The notes beneath the pieces were generated by a model, which did not search any database, had not been told where the DNA came from, and saw nothing but the letters and a program-made list of their open reading frames with translations. Both the position numbers and the translations under genes were made by a program. 36,989 bases of DNA from a virus (taxonomy: Duplodnaviria; Caudoviricetes): IMG/VR virus record IMGVR_UViG_3300033475_000096, positions 1 through 36,989 of that record. One strand, given 5' to 3'. This document shows, piece by piece, positions 26,139-35,662 of this stretch. Position 1 is the stretch's first letter; every line of letters starts with the position of its first letter.

Positions 26139-26678
26139 GTGGATAGTCTTTTAGACATATCGAAGACCTTTACAGCTAATCCGGGAGGAATGAAGGAAAT
26201 AAATATGTCCCTGGTAGACGATATTATTTCCATCCCTTTAGTTTATGGCAATGTGATGAATAAAGGTTTTAAAATGAAGGCTGGAAAGTCTTTTCACAGG
26301 TTTTATTTTACTCCCGATTCCTGCGTATTTAAAGAAGGTTTTGCTAAAACAGACCATGGTAAAGAATTTACCTATACTATTTCATTCTTCTATCCAGGAC
26401 CTACGGCAGAAGTAATAAAGCAACTTGAAGACATGACCAGGGATAGGTTTATTATTGTTGCCAAAGATAATAACAATAACTATCGGGTACTTGGAAGTGC
26501 AGATTCTCCCGCTCGGTTTACTTATGACCATACCACAGATGTGGCTATTATAAATCTTAATCGTGCACAATGCACCTTTACGGCAAAGTCTAACCGTACC
26601 GCTTTGTATTATACCTCCAACTTTGATTCTGTGGTATACAGTGCAGGTTATAATTTTGGTTTCTTAAGAACTACATAA
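26139..26678 (+). CDS. Tail-tube-protein paralog
   Basis: ANPGGMKEI...KAGKSFHRFYFTPDS...YRVLG aligns with ORF 33488 (ANPGGLKKF...KTGKNFVTWYFTPDT...YRILG). Confidence 0.7.
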   Translation: MDSLLDISKTFTANPGGMKEINMSLVDDIISIPLVYGNVMNKGFKMKAGKSFHRFYFTPDSCVFKEGFAKTDHGKEFTYTISFFYPGPTAEVIKQLEDMTRDRFIIVAKDNNNNYRVLGSADSPARFTYDHTTDVAIINLNRAQCTFTAKSNRTALYYTSNFDSVVYSAGYNFGFLRTT

Positions 26679-26680
26679 AA

Positions 26681-28540
26681 ATGACAAAGCTTTCAAGAAC
26701 TGGCCTACAGACCAATGCGGCGACACGTTTTCCCGATCAGTTGGCAGAAGCAATAATGCCTCAAGATTCGCGCGACCAGGCTATAGATGAGTCTGATAGT
26801 CATTTAAATTTAACGGACGACGATTTTTTACTTCATAATATTTTTAATATCAATAGAAGTTATATTTCCGGTGATGTAGTATACTATAACAACGAATTCT
26901 ATATTTTCAACCAGGCACACGTAGGAGCCTGGGACGCTTCACATGTTGATATTTACAAAGGCATAAAGGCTTGGGTAACTGCTACAGATTATAAAGTAGA
27001 CTATATCGTAATACAGTCCAATAATCTTTATAAGTGTATTGTAGCCCATACTTCTACAACATTCTCCGCAGATATTGCCAATAATTATTGGGTACAAATA
27101 GGATCAACAACGGCTTCTGATGCGGCTTTTTCTTCTGCCTGGGAAGGAGATACAACAACGCCAGCAAGTAAAAACGCTTTATTTGATTATCTAATACAAT
27201 TATTAAATATCAACGGTGGAACTATGGCCGGGGATATTGATATGTCTAACCATGATTTATTGAATGTTAATAATATTAATGCAACTTCTTTAGATTATTC
27301 AGGGACTATAAATATAGGGGCTATAGATGCAACAATATTAAATATTGGTACAGGCTCAGGGAATACAAATATTAACATCGGAACTTCCGGAACCAATACC
27401 ATACAGATAGGAAATTCTAATTCTACTGTTAATATTTTAGGGAGTGTTATTTATGAAAATGTAACTAACCTTGAGGTTTCAGATAAATTATTTACAGTAA
27501 ATAAAGGAGGTGTATCTTCTTCTGCTGTTGGTGCAGGATTTGAAATTGAAGAAGGTGGTGCAATAGCTGGATATATAAAAACTACTGGCGGAAGAGATGG
27601 ATTTTTATTTAAGGCTCCCGCAAACGCTGCTGATAGTTCATTTATATTCTCCGCTACAGCCGCAAGGTCTTATACTTTTCAGGATAAATCATATACTATT
27701 GCCGATGATTCTGTAGTAGTGCATTTGGCTGGAGCTGAGACAATATCAGGGCAGAAAACTTTTAGTGCAGATATAGTATTTTCTGGCACGACTAGAACAA
27801 TTAGCAGTGTAACAGGCAATATTAATACAACTACTTTTAGTTCAGGGGCAACCATAACTCTCAGCACAGTGGGAGGATCGGCAACATCTGGAGGGGTTAT
27901 TATTGCTTCGGACACATCAAACATTAGCAATATATCTGGAACGAGATCTCAGCTAACAATAAACGGAACATTTGCCCCAACTTCAGGAGCAGGAATATTT
28001 AATTCAGTATTATCTAATGTTGTAATTAATCAAACAGGCGCCACAGGATTAATTTCTTTATTTAATGCCACACCTACTCTGGTTACAAGTGTTACGGGCA
28101 TTTTGGCTGGATTTACTTCTGATATATCTGATGCTCCGGCAGGAGGTGGACAAGCATATAACTTTTATGGATTAGGCACGGCCCCAAATTATTTTAACGG
28201 AAACATAATAGCTAAGAAAAGTATAATAAGCGATAGTAAACAAACTTATGCTTCAGGATCATCCGTAATTATTGCTTCTCAGGTAAGAGCTTTATATGTT
28301 AATCCCTCTTCAGCTATTGCTAGTTTAACTATAACAATGCCTGCAAGCCCTGTAGATGGAGAAGAAATTTTATTATCATTTGGTGGGATTATAACGTCTG
28401 GGACCGTGGTTACAGCTCTTACACTATCAGGAAATTCAGGCCAGGCAATTCTTGGAGGATCATTTATCACCAGCGCATCGGCAGGTGATGGATATACTTT
28501 AAAATGGGAAGCATCAACTAATCTTTGGAGGATCTTTTAA
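26681..28540 (+). CDS. Tail or virion fibre protein
   Basis: Two CBM5/12-like repeats (AWVTATDYKVDYIVIQSNNLYKCIVAHTS), INIG repeats, VVHLAGAETISGQKTF fibre motif and T/S/G-rich body. Confidence 0.8.
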   Translation: MTKLSRTGLQTNAATRFPDQLAEAIMPQDSRDQAIDESDSHLNLTDDDFLLHNIFNINRSYISGDVVYYNNEFYIFNQAHVGAWDASHVDIYKGIKAWVTATDYKVDYIVIQSNNLYKCIVAHTSTTFSADIANNYWVQIGSTTASDAAFSSAWEGDTTTPASKNALFDYLIQLLNINGGTMAGDIDMSNHDLLNVNNINATSLDYSGTINIGAIDATILNIGTGSGNTNINIGTSGTNTIQIGNSNSTVNILGSVIYENVTNLEVSDKLFTVNKGGVSSSAVGAGFEIEEGGAIAGYIKTTGGRDGFLFKAPANAADSSFIFSATAARSYTFQDKSYTIADDSVVVHLAGAETISGQKTFSADIVFSGTTRTISSVTGNINTTTFSSGATITLSTVGGSATSGGVIIASDTSNISNISGTRSQLTINGTFAPTSGAGIFNSVLSNVVINQTGATGLISLFNATPTLVTSVTGILAGFTSDISDAPAGGGQAYNFYGLGTAPNYFNGNIIAKKSIISDSKQTYASGSSVIIASQVRALYVNPSSAIASLTITMPASPVDGEEILLSFGGIITSGTVVTALTLSGNSGQAILGGSFITSASAGDGYTLKWEASTNLWRIF

Positions 28541-28541
28541 C

Positions 28542-30404
28542 ATGGCTTTTATACCTAGAACAAATAATACTTCTAAAAACCTCTTCTTCGATTCTGAGTT
28601 TAAATTCAGTGTCGACCAAGATAGTGATACTCTTTCATCTGCTAAATTTATTTATTGGGACGAAGGATTAACAGGCTCAGGAGTTATTGAAAGGCAGATC
28701 TCTCCAGTTCTTTCACAAGGCATAAAGGGAAGTCCTATAAAGATAATCGCAGGAGCTTCTGGTGGCGGTACTTATATCGAACAATATATTTGGTTCTGTA
28801 ATTTCCCTGAATTAAAATTTACAGATAAAATAAGCATTGGTGTATGGATAAAATCTGATACTGCAAGTTCTGCACGATTAGATATTGATTTCATGGATAG
28901 AAATAATGCTACTCCTGGTCAATTATCTTCAGGAACAAATTTTACTTCAAGCACTAATTCAACAACAGGAGGATACGAACTTTTAAAAATAGAGAATGTT
29001 TCAATTCCTATAGTTGGCAATTGGTCTGGAGTAACAGAGGTGCCGTTTGCTATTCGTGTACGACTGAAAGCGTTGGTAAATGGTTCAACAGTAGAATTTG
29101 CAGAGCCAATGGCTAATATAGGCAACATTTTACTTCCTTATCAAGCTTCAATCTTTGATTATTCAAATTTTACAGGAATTGAAAATATTGCAAATAAAGT
29201 ATTCAATAAAACAAATATTGAAATAAACGTATTAGGAGATAGCATATCTCGCAATACTGATACATCTCAAACAGCTACATCTGCCGCTAGTTATTCGACA
29301 CTAATAAAGCAATTCTTAGATACCAAGTTTGGAATTACAACAACGAAACGTAATAATGGATTTGATGGGTCTGCCGACTGCAATAGTATTGCTGTTATGG
29401 ATAAAATGTGCTTAACGCACAATCCCGATCTTGTAATACTTGCCAATGGCAGGAATGTAAATAGTGCTACTTCATTGGGAAGCGTTGCAGAAAATTATAC
29501 ATTAAGAGAATCACTAATCAGAAGAATAAGAAATCAATCACTTTATACCGATATAATAAATTTCCTTCCTACTTATAAGAGATTGGAAAGCGGTGGTTTG
29601 ACAGATGCCAACTATTATCAATTTCAAAGAGATAGATTAACAATAGAAAACAATCGGTACTTAAATAATAGATATAGGTGTGCGACACTTTATAGTGCTG
29701 ATGCAATAAAAGTATTTGGTGATAAGGGAGGCTGGTGGAATATATTCGGGAATAATTCAGTAAGTGGAACTGAAGTTACGCATCCTGGGCAAATGGGACA
29801 TCGTTGCATGTTAGATCAGTTTAAACATTTACTTATTGGATCATATCTTAATAACAAACAGATTCTTCATTATCCTATAGCAAGTATAGGCTATATAAAT
29901 GATGGCACTTTAGTAACAGACCTAGAAAGTATTGTTACAATTTATCCTGATCAATTTGCAAATGGAACATATTCGGGAGTAACGGTAACTACAACCGGAA
30001 CGTGGACCGCTGACACTAATATGGTTTCGGATGGCCGTTTATGTGGAACAACAGGATACTTGGGCAATACTGGCCTTGGCGAATATCCTCAACCAATGAT
30101 GACACAGGCGTTAGGAGATGCTATTCAACTTGATTGGACGGGAAGAAACTTTGGAATATGGTTTTTGAAATCAAATAACAGAGGAATAGCTACTATTACA
30201 ATAGATGGCACGCCTTACGATTTTGACACGAACCAAGCTAGTGCAGGAGTAGTAACAAACAGCTATCCTTCTTATTGCACCTTCTTGAGTTCTAATAATC
30301 CAAATAGTATCTCTCTTACAGAAGGAGCGCACACTTTAAAAATTGAACAAAAAAATAGTGCTGCAAACTCTAATGTGAGTATAGCAATGATTGTATTATT
30401 TTAA
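28542..30404 (+). CDS. Virion-associated SGNH/GDSL esterase with flanking beta-sandwich (CBM-like) domains
   Basis: Block I LGDSIS, block II NNGFDG, block III ANGRN, block V EVTHPGQMGH. Confidence 0.75.
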   Translation: MAFIPRTNNTSKNLFFDSEFKFSVDQDSDTLSSAKFIYWDEGLTGSGVIERQISPVLSQGIKGSPIKIIAGASGGGTYIEQYIWFCNFPELKFTDKISIGVWIKSDTASSARLDIDFMDRNNATPGQLSSGTNFTSSTNSTTGGYELLKIENVSIPIVGNWSGVTEVPFAIRVRLKALVNGSTVEFAEPMANIGNILLPYQASIFDYSNFTGIENIANKVFNKTNIEINVLGDSISRNTDTSQTATSAASYSTLIKQFLDTKFGITTTKRNNGFDGSADCNSIAVMDKMCLTHNPDLVILANGRNVNSATSLGSVAENYTLRESLIRRIRNQSLYTDIINFLPTYKRLESGGLTDANYYQFQRDRLTIENNRYLNNRYRCATLYSADAIKVFGDKGGWWNIFGNNSVSGTEVTHPGQMGHRCMLDQFKHLLIGSYLNNKQILHYPIASIGYINDGTLVTDLESIVTIYPDQFANGTYSGVTVTTTGTWTADTNMVSDGRLCGTTGYLGNTGLGEYPQPMMTQALGDAIQLDWTGRNFGIWFLKSNNRGIATITIDGTPYDFDTNQASAGVVTNSYPSYCTFLSSNNPNSISLTEGAHTLKIEQKNSAANSNVSIAMIVLF

Positions 30405-30424
30405 ACCTATATATCAAAAAAAAC

Positions 30425-30871
30425 ATGAAAACGAAGACAATTACATTTGAACATCTTTTTAATTTAAACATTTCTTCTTCAGTTTATGTAAAGTCATTAC
30501 CTAAAGGAAATAAGACAAAATTGTATTATGCAATAGATAGGATTTTAAGATCTATTCAAAAAGGATATGACTTGTATAATTCAAAAGTAAATGATTTACG
30601 TACTGATTACGCCTCTACAGATGAACAAGGTAATTTAATAATTAATGAAGGCAAAACAGGAAATGATAGATATACATTTAAACCGGAAAAAGAAAAGGCC
30701 TTAAGAAAGGCTATAGATAATTTAAAAAATGAAAAAGTTGAAATTAATATTTATATAACTACTGAAATTCCTGAAGGCTTATTGTTCAATCAAATAGAAG
30801 ATTTCAGGGGAATTTTAATTCCTGAAGATTTCGAATATAAAGAGGGAATAATAGAAGAAGTAAAATCCTAA
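30425..30871 (+). CDS. Hypothetical protein (fibre-module accessory/chaperone-like)
   Basis: Follows the fibre genes; YASTDEQGNLII motif. Confidence 0.6.
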   Translation: MKTKTITFEHLFNLNISSSVYVKSLPKGNKTKLYYAIDRILRSIQKGYDLYNSKVNDLRTDYASTDEQGNLIINEGKTGNDRYTFKPEKEKALRKAIDNLKNEKVEINIYITTEIPEGLLFNQIEDFRGILIPEDFEYKEGIIEEVKS

Positions 30872-30914
30872 ACGCCCCCGTTACTAAAGTTTTTTAGCTG
30901 TCATAGTATGTTTG
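30870..30914 (+). promoter_or_regulatory. Putative late promoter (copy 3)
   Basis: AAACGCCCCCGTTACTA-N20-TATGTTTG (exact TAnnTTTG). Confidence 0.7.
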
Positions 30915-30918
30915 TACT

Positions 30919-32229
30919 ATGACAGTTGTTAAAGTACCTTCTTTAAAAAATACCGATAGCCGTTTGTTTAAATCTTCAAGGGTTTCAGATCAGAAACAAA
31001 TGAAGGTTGATAAGGAAAACGGCATTATCCGTGATGTTGTCATAGCTCAGGTAGGACCCGCAGAAGGGCACGGTACAAATGTAGAACAGCAATTTATCAA
31101 CGGCCTTGTAGACCAGGGAAACACTTTTAAGCAAGGCGTTAAATCAAGATTCGGCCATCCTTCAATGAGCGCGGAAGCCTTGGGTACTTATGCCGGAAGG
31201 GCTTTTAATTTCAGAGTGCAAGGCATACAGGCCCTTGCAGATCTTCACCTTGATCCTGTTACGGCCAATTCTCCCAAAGGAAATATTTACAACTATCTTA
31301 TTGATATGGCAGACAAGAACCCCGATATGTTCGGTATGTCTGTTGTTACTTCTGGTAATTGGCTTTATCAGAAAGACGAAGAAGGAAATATTTATACAGA
31401 AATGGACCCGGACTGGAATTCTAAATATGATCCGGCAAAGCCATTGTATGAAATGTTTGAAAACTATCATGCTGTTGATTTTGTAGACGAAGGCGCACTA
31501 ACTCCTAATGGCCTGTTTAGCGCAGAAATAAACAAAGATAAGTTTGCGGTTACAGCTACTACCTTCCTTGATAGCAATCCGGCTATAGATAAATTCTTAA
31601 AAGAACATCCTGAAAAGATAATAGAATTCATGTCTAAAAGATTTGGCTTCAATATTTCCCTTCAGGACAAAGAAGGCTTTGTTTCATTTATGAAAAATTT
31701 ATTATTCAAATCAAATACTAATCCAATGACCAAACCTATAGCTAAGTTTGATATAAACGCAGTTACAACCGACGGCGCGGAACTGCTTGTAAAAACAAAC
31801 AACGACGCCGCCACAGTTGGCGACGAAGTACAAAACGCAGACGGCACGCCCGCCGCAGATGGTGACTACCAAATTAAAGATGGCGACCTAGAAGGCCAGA
31901 CCTTGACAGTACAAGGTGGAAAGATCACAGCTATTACACCAAGTGCTGAAGGTACAGGAGAAGGGGAAAACAATACCGGAATGTCCAGTGCTTCGACTCA
32001 GGAGCTATTTAATAAATTAGCCTCACTTGAAAGTAAGTTCAATACCCTGGCTGAAGAAAATACCAGACTTAAAGAAGAGCTTGCAAAGAGGCCAAAAAGC
32101 GCATTTGCCAGAGTTGTAAAACCAAGTGATGGAATGAATGGAAATACTTCGGCTGACAATAGAAAAAATGTAGCCGAGTACAATAAGAAGGCGCAAGACC
32201 TTTGGGATAAAAATAATCCTAAGAAATAA
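30919..32229 (+). CDS. Prohead protease/scaffold fusion
   Basis: Precedes the capsid gene. KSRFGHP, FGMSVV and AVDFVDEGA resemble HK97/assemblin-type catalytic motifs; C-terminal coiled-coil scaffold. Confidence 0.75.
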   Translation: MTVVKVPSLKNTDSRLFKSSRVSDQKQMKVDKENGIIRDVVIAQVGPAEGHGTNVEQQFINGLVDQGNTFKQGVKSRFGHPSMSAEALGTYAGRAFNFRVQGIQALADLHLDPVTANSPKGNIYNYLIDMADKNPDMFGMSVVTSGNWLYQKDEEGNIYTEMDPDWNSKYDPAKPLYEMFENYHAVDFVDEGALTPNGLFSAEINKDKFAVTATTFLDSNPAIDKFLKEHPEKIIEFMSKRFGFNISLQDKEGFVSFMKNLLFKSNTNPMTKPIAKFDINAVTTDGAELLVKTNNDAATVGDEVQNADGTPAADGDYQIKDGDLEGQTLTVQGGKITAITPSAEGTGEGENNTGMSSASTQELFNKLASLESKFNTLAEENTRLKEELAKRPKSAFARVVKPSDGMNGNTSADNRKNVAEYNKKAQDLWDKNNPKK

Positions 32230-32293
32230 TTAATCAAGTTTTAAATTTTTAAAACCATAATAAACCTATTTACCAAACTTTAATAAAACAAAC

Positions 32294-33424
32294 ATGAAAA
32301 AGTTTTCAGCTATTGTTATTAACCTAGCCCTATCCTTGATTCTTGCGGTAGCAATGTCAAGCTTCTTTGGTATAGGTTCTTTGGGCTTGTTATTAATTAC
32401 AGCCATTGTTTTTGCTACTTCATTTATTCCCAGGGGAGCGGGTGGAGCTGTAGCTTATGCAGGTAGTTTAGATTTATCCAATCTGGATTCTAAGCTTAAA
32501 GATTATGCTCTTGCAAATACAGATCAGATTCTAACACAAACCCTTGTAGACGATACGGGCTTTGAGAATTATATGTTTATGATCCCAGATGTTATTGACG
32601 AGATCCCTTTAACTCAATTAGTAATGGGTGATATCTTACAGCCCGGAGGAAAGGACGCATTCAACCCTACTAACAACGCACTGCAATTTAAAGACAGATT
32701 AGGCAAGGTAAGGCCTTGTAAAGTAGATCTTCAGTTTCCTAACTCTCAGGTAATATCTATCTATAAGTCTTACCTGGGACAGGTTAAGGGTAAACAGATC
32801 AATCCTTATGAACTTCCGTTTGAGGCCTTTTTTATGCAGCAAATAGCTAAGAAAGCAAAAGATAACTTAAGAAGGAAAGCGATCTTTAAAGGGGTGTATA
32901 ACGCAGCAGGCACTGCGCCAGCGGATACAATGGACGGTCTTTTGACGATCGTTACAAATGCCATTGCGGCCACAACGATACCAGCAGGGAATATTTATAC
33001 TGCAGGTGGAGCATTTACGGCTTCTAACGCAGTAGATCAGATCGAAGCTATTGCAGATATTGTAGACCCACTTTATGACGGCGACGATTTTATTTGCTTG
33101 CTTTCTCCTACTGTAATGAAATACTATAAGCGAGACTATAGGGCTTCATTTACTGCCGCGCCTTATAACAAGGATTACGAAAAGCAATACATAGACGGTA
33201 CTTCAATAGAGCTTATTCCTGAAATAGGAATGGCAGGAAGTAACAGGGTTATTATAACAAGAAGGCAAAATGCTTTCTGGTTAACCGGAGATACTTCGGC
33301 TGTTGAATCGATTATTGTAGAAAGGCAATTGAGAAACATAAACGTCCTTATGGACTTTGAAGCAGCCCCAGAGATCGGTATTGCTGAAATTGTTTACACA
33401 AACGATTACGCAGGTATCAGCTAA
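32294..33424 (+). CDS. Major capsid protein with a hydrophobic N-terminal extension
   Basis: Follows the protease gene; AIFKG...TMDGLLT HK97-fold pattern; followed by a terminator. Confidence 0.85.
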   Translation: MKKFSAIVINLALSLILAVAMSSFFGIGSLGLLLITAIVFATSFIPRGAGGAVAYAGSLDLSNLDSKLKDYALANTDQILTQTLVDDTGFENYMFMIPDVIDEIPLTQLVMGDILQPGGKDAFNPTNNALQFKDRLGKVRPCKVDLQFPNSQVISIYKSYLGQVKGKQINPYELPFEAFFMQQIAKKAKDNLRRKAIFKGVYNAAGTAPADTMDGLLTIVTNAIAATTIPAGNIYTAGGAFTASNAVDQIEAIADIVDPLYDGDDFICLLSPTVMKYYKRDYRASFTAAPYNKDYEKQYIDGTSIELIPEIGMAGSNRVIITRRQNAFWLTGDTSAVESIIVERQLRNINVLMDFEAAPEIGIAEIVYTNDYAGIS

Positions 33425-33433
33425 AAAAATCAA

Positions 33434-33464
33434 AAGCCCTGGTATTCTGCCGGGGCTTATTTTC
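33434..33464 (+). terminator. Terminator/attenuator after the capsid gene
   Basis: AAGCCCTGG/CCGGGGCTT stem followed by ATTTT. Confidence 0.65.
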
Positions 33465-33487
33465 AACCTTTTTAATTATAATAAAAA

Positions 33488-34033
33488 ATGAAAATAGGAC
33501 TTTCATCATTATTAAGACAGCTTAGTCTTCTTGATATCGCTCACGTAAGTGGGGCAAATCCGGGAGGACTTAAAAAGTTTTATATCTGCTTATTGGAAGA
33601 TGTTTTGGCAATTCCTACGGCAGATGTAGGTACAAACGTTGTATCAACGGCTATTACTTGTAAAACAGGAAAGAACTTTGTTACCTGGTATTTTACGCCA
33701 GACACCGGAAAGCTAACAACTAGTGTTGTTGGAGAAACAGACGGCAAAAGCAGAGAGTCGCTTATAGAAGCTCTTCTTCCTGGTTTAACTAAGGAACAGG
33801 AACTTGAGCTTGATAAAGTTATCAACTGTCCTGTAGTTATTATCCTTGAAACAAATAGGGGCGAATATAGAATCCTTGGAGACATGGACAGGGGTGCACT
33901 TATTGATAAAACCGATGCCACTACAGGCGGCACAATGGCAGAGCGCGGAGGAATTCCGGTATCATTTAAATATAGTTCACCGTTGGCTCCATTGTATTAC
34001 ACTGCGGCCATTCCTTTAACGCCTGCGGCTTAA
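33488..34033 (+). CDS. Major tail (tube) protein
   Basis: 181 aa after the capsid gene; NPGG, VVGETDGKS, YRILG and TTGG motifs. Confidence 0.7.
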   Translation: MKIGLSSLLRQLSLLDIAHVSGANPGGLKKFYICLLEDVLAIPTADVGTNVVSTAITCKTGKNFVTWYFTPDTGKLTTSVVGETDGKSRESLIEALLPGLTKEQELELDKVINCPVVIILETNRGEYRILGDMDRGALIDKTDATTGGTMAERGGIPVSFKYSSPLAPLYYTAAIPLTPAA

Positions 34034-34045
34034 TTTTAAAGATCT

Positions 34046-34249
34046 ATGTTGAAAAACTATAAAATTGTCGGATTGTCGCCGGACAAAGCGAAGATTCGAT
34101 TCCGTGGCAAAGATTACGATCTTAATAAGATAGACGATGAAACCGCAAAATTTCTTTATGAAAATAAATGCGGCTTTATCGATAAAGCAGACACGCAAGT
34201 AACTGCGTCTTCCAAGAAAGATAAAACGGCCACAGATCAGCCTTCTTAA
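34046..34249 (+). CDS. Small hypothetical virion-associated protein
   Basis: DLNKIDDETAKFLY motif; followed by a terminator. Confidence 0.7.
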   Translation: MLKNYKIVGLSPDKAKIRFRGKDYDLNKIDDETAKFLYENKCGFIDKADTQVTASSKKDKTATDQPS

Positions 34250-34275
34250 TTTTTTATAGGGTTTAATTAAAAAGC

Positions 34276-34306
34276 AAAAAGCTCCGCAGAAACGCGGAGC
34301 TTTTTT
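34276..34306 (+). terminator. Rho-independent terminator
   Basis: AAAAAGCTCCGC-agaaac-GCGGAGCTTTTTT. Confidence 0.9.
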
Positions 34307-34310
34307 GTTG

Positions 34311-34355
34311 TAACGCCTCCATTATTAAAAATGGCAATTGCCAATAGTAATTTTA
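34311..34355 (+). promoter_or_regulatory. Putative late promoter (copy 4)
   Basis: TAACGCCTCCATTATTA-N20-TAATTTTA, right after a terminator. Confidence 0.6.
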
Positions 34356-34389
34356 ATTCACTTTAATCTCACAACCTAAATAATTCAAA

Positions 34390-35100
34390 ATGACAAAAGA
34401 ACCTTTAAAGAAATGGCTTGAAGATCCTAAAAAGGAATATCAGGAAGGACTTAGGCTATATATACAATATGGCAAGAACGACAATTTAAAAAAGCAGTTC
34501 CTTGTACGTGAAAACAAGTTCAACAAAGAAAAAATTGTCTATGAACTTGAAAAGATGTTTAGGCATAGCTTCCCGGATGAAAAAATTAAAGTAAAGCAAT
34601 TCGTTGAGGCAGTTGTACAACAACCTGCGGCTTCCAATAAAAAAAATAAGAAGGCCGAAGCACAAACCGAAAAAGAAGGCAAGCTTATAGAAATACCTAA
34701 AGAAGTTTTGCTTGATGCCCTCAACAATGACAGGGCCGCACTTTTTAATAAAAAAGGAATATTATCTAATAAACTTCAGGAGGCGAAAACGAACAAAGAG
34801 CGCAAAGCCTTGATAGCTGAAATCGATCAATTAGAAAGCGAATTGTCAGATATCTATGAAAAAATAAAGCATGTTGAAGAAACCGGATCATTGCCAGTAG
34901 TTATTGAGAAAAAAAAAGAAGATGTACTTCCGGAAGACCGTGCAAAGCTTGCGCAAATGCTGACAAATGCAAGGTCCAGGATAAGCAAGAACCGGAAGAA
35001 GCTGGAAAAGTTCGGAAATAGTCCCGCAGGCAAAGAGGCAAAAGCCAAAATTGATAAAGACGAAAAATTAATAAGCGAAATTGAGCAAAAGATCAAATAA
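34390..35100 (+). CDS. Hypothetical coiled-coil protein of the packaging operon
   Basis: K/E-rich 236 aa; WLEDPKKEYQEGLRLY N-terminus. Confidence 0.8.
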   Translation: MTKEPLKKWLEDPKKEYQEGLRLYIQYGKNDNLKKQFLVRENKFNKEKIVYELEKMFRHSFPDEKIKVKQFVEAVVQQPAASNKKNKKAEAQTEKEGKLIEIPKEVLLDALNNDRAALFNKKGILSNKLQEAKTNKERKALIAEIDQLESELSDIYEKIKHVEETGSLPVVIEKKKEDVLPEDRAKLAQMLTNARSRISKNRKKLEKFGNSPAGKEAKAKIDKDEKLISEIEQKIK

Positions 35101-35662
35101 AAAATCCTCCGAAGAGGATTTTCCAAAGCTTCCTTTCCCTAAAGGTGTAAAGCCATTTATCCCGCGCAAGGCCTCGGCACTTGATAAGATAAGGTCACAC
35201 TATTTAGAGCAAAGGAAGCTTTCTCCAAAGCTTGAAGAGCTTAAGCAGCTTTATGAATACACAAACTCCCTTCTTCGTTCTGGTTACTCCAAACAGCAAA
35301 CAGTTAATTTTTTAGCCTCAGATCCTAATATTGGAATAAGCTATAACCACGCCTATACTATTGTTACAAAAACAATGGATCTTTTCGGCGATATCCATAA
35401 AAGCAACAAAGAAGGCCTGCGTCAAATAGTAATAGATAACCTTTGGAATGTTTACAGGCGATCAGTTGAAAGTAAGGACCTGAGAGAGCAGAATATAGCA
35501 TTGAAGAACATTGCAAGCATAGGCGGGCTTTATTCAGGTCAGGAAATAGACTGGTCTAAGATTGTATTGCCCGTTCCGGTGTTTTCAACCGACCATAATG
35601 TTTTAAAAGAGCAACAAACAATTGATATAACCGGGGAAGATGCTGAAGAAGATATATCTTAA
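35081..35662 (+). CDS. Probable terminase small subunit
   Basis: Directly upstream of and overlapping terL; HTH-like segment followed by two helices. Confidence 0.6.
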   Translation: MSKRSNKKSSEEDFPKLPFPKGVKPFIPRKASALDKIRSHYLEQRKLSPKLEELKQLYEYTNSLLRSGYSKQQTVNFLASDPNIGISYNHAYTIVTKTMDLFGDIHKSNKEGLRQIVIDNLWNVYRRSVESKDLREQNIALKNIASIGGLYSGQEIDWSKIVLPVPVFSTDHNVLKEQQTIDITGEDAEEDIS

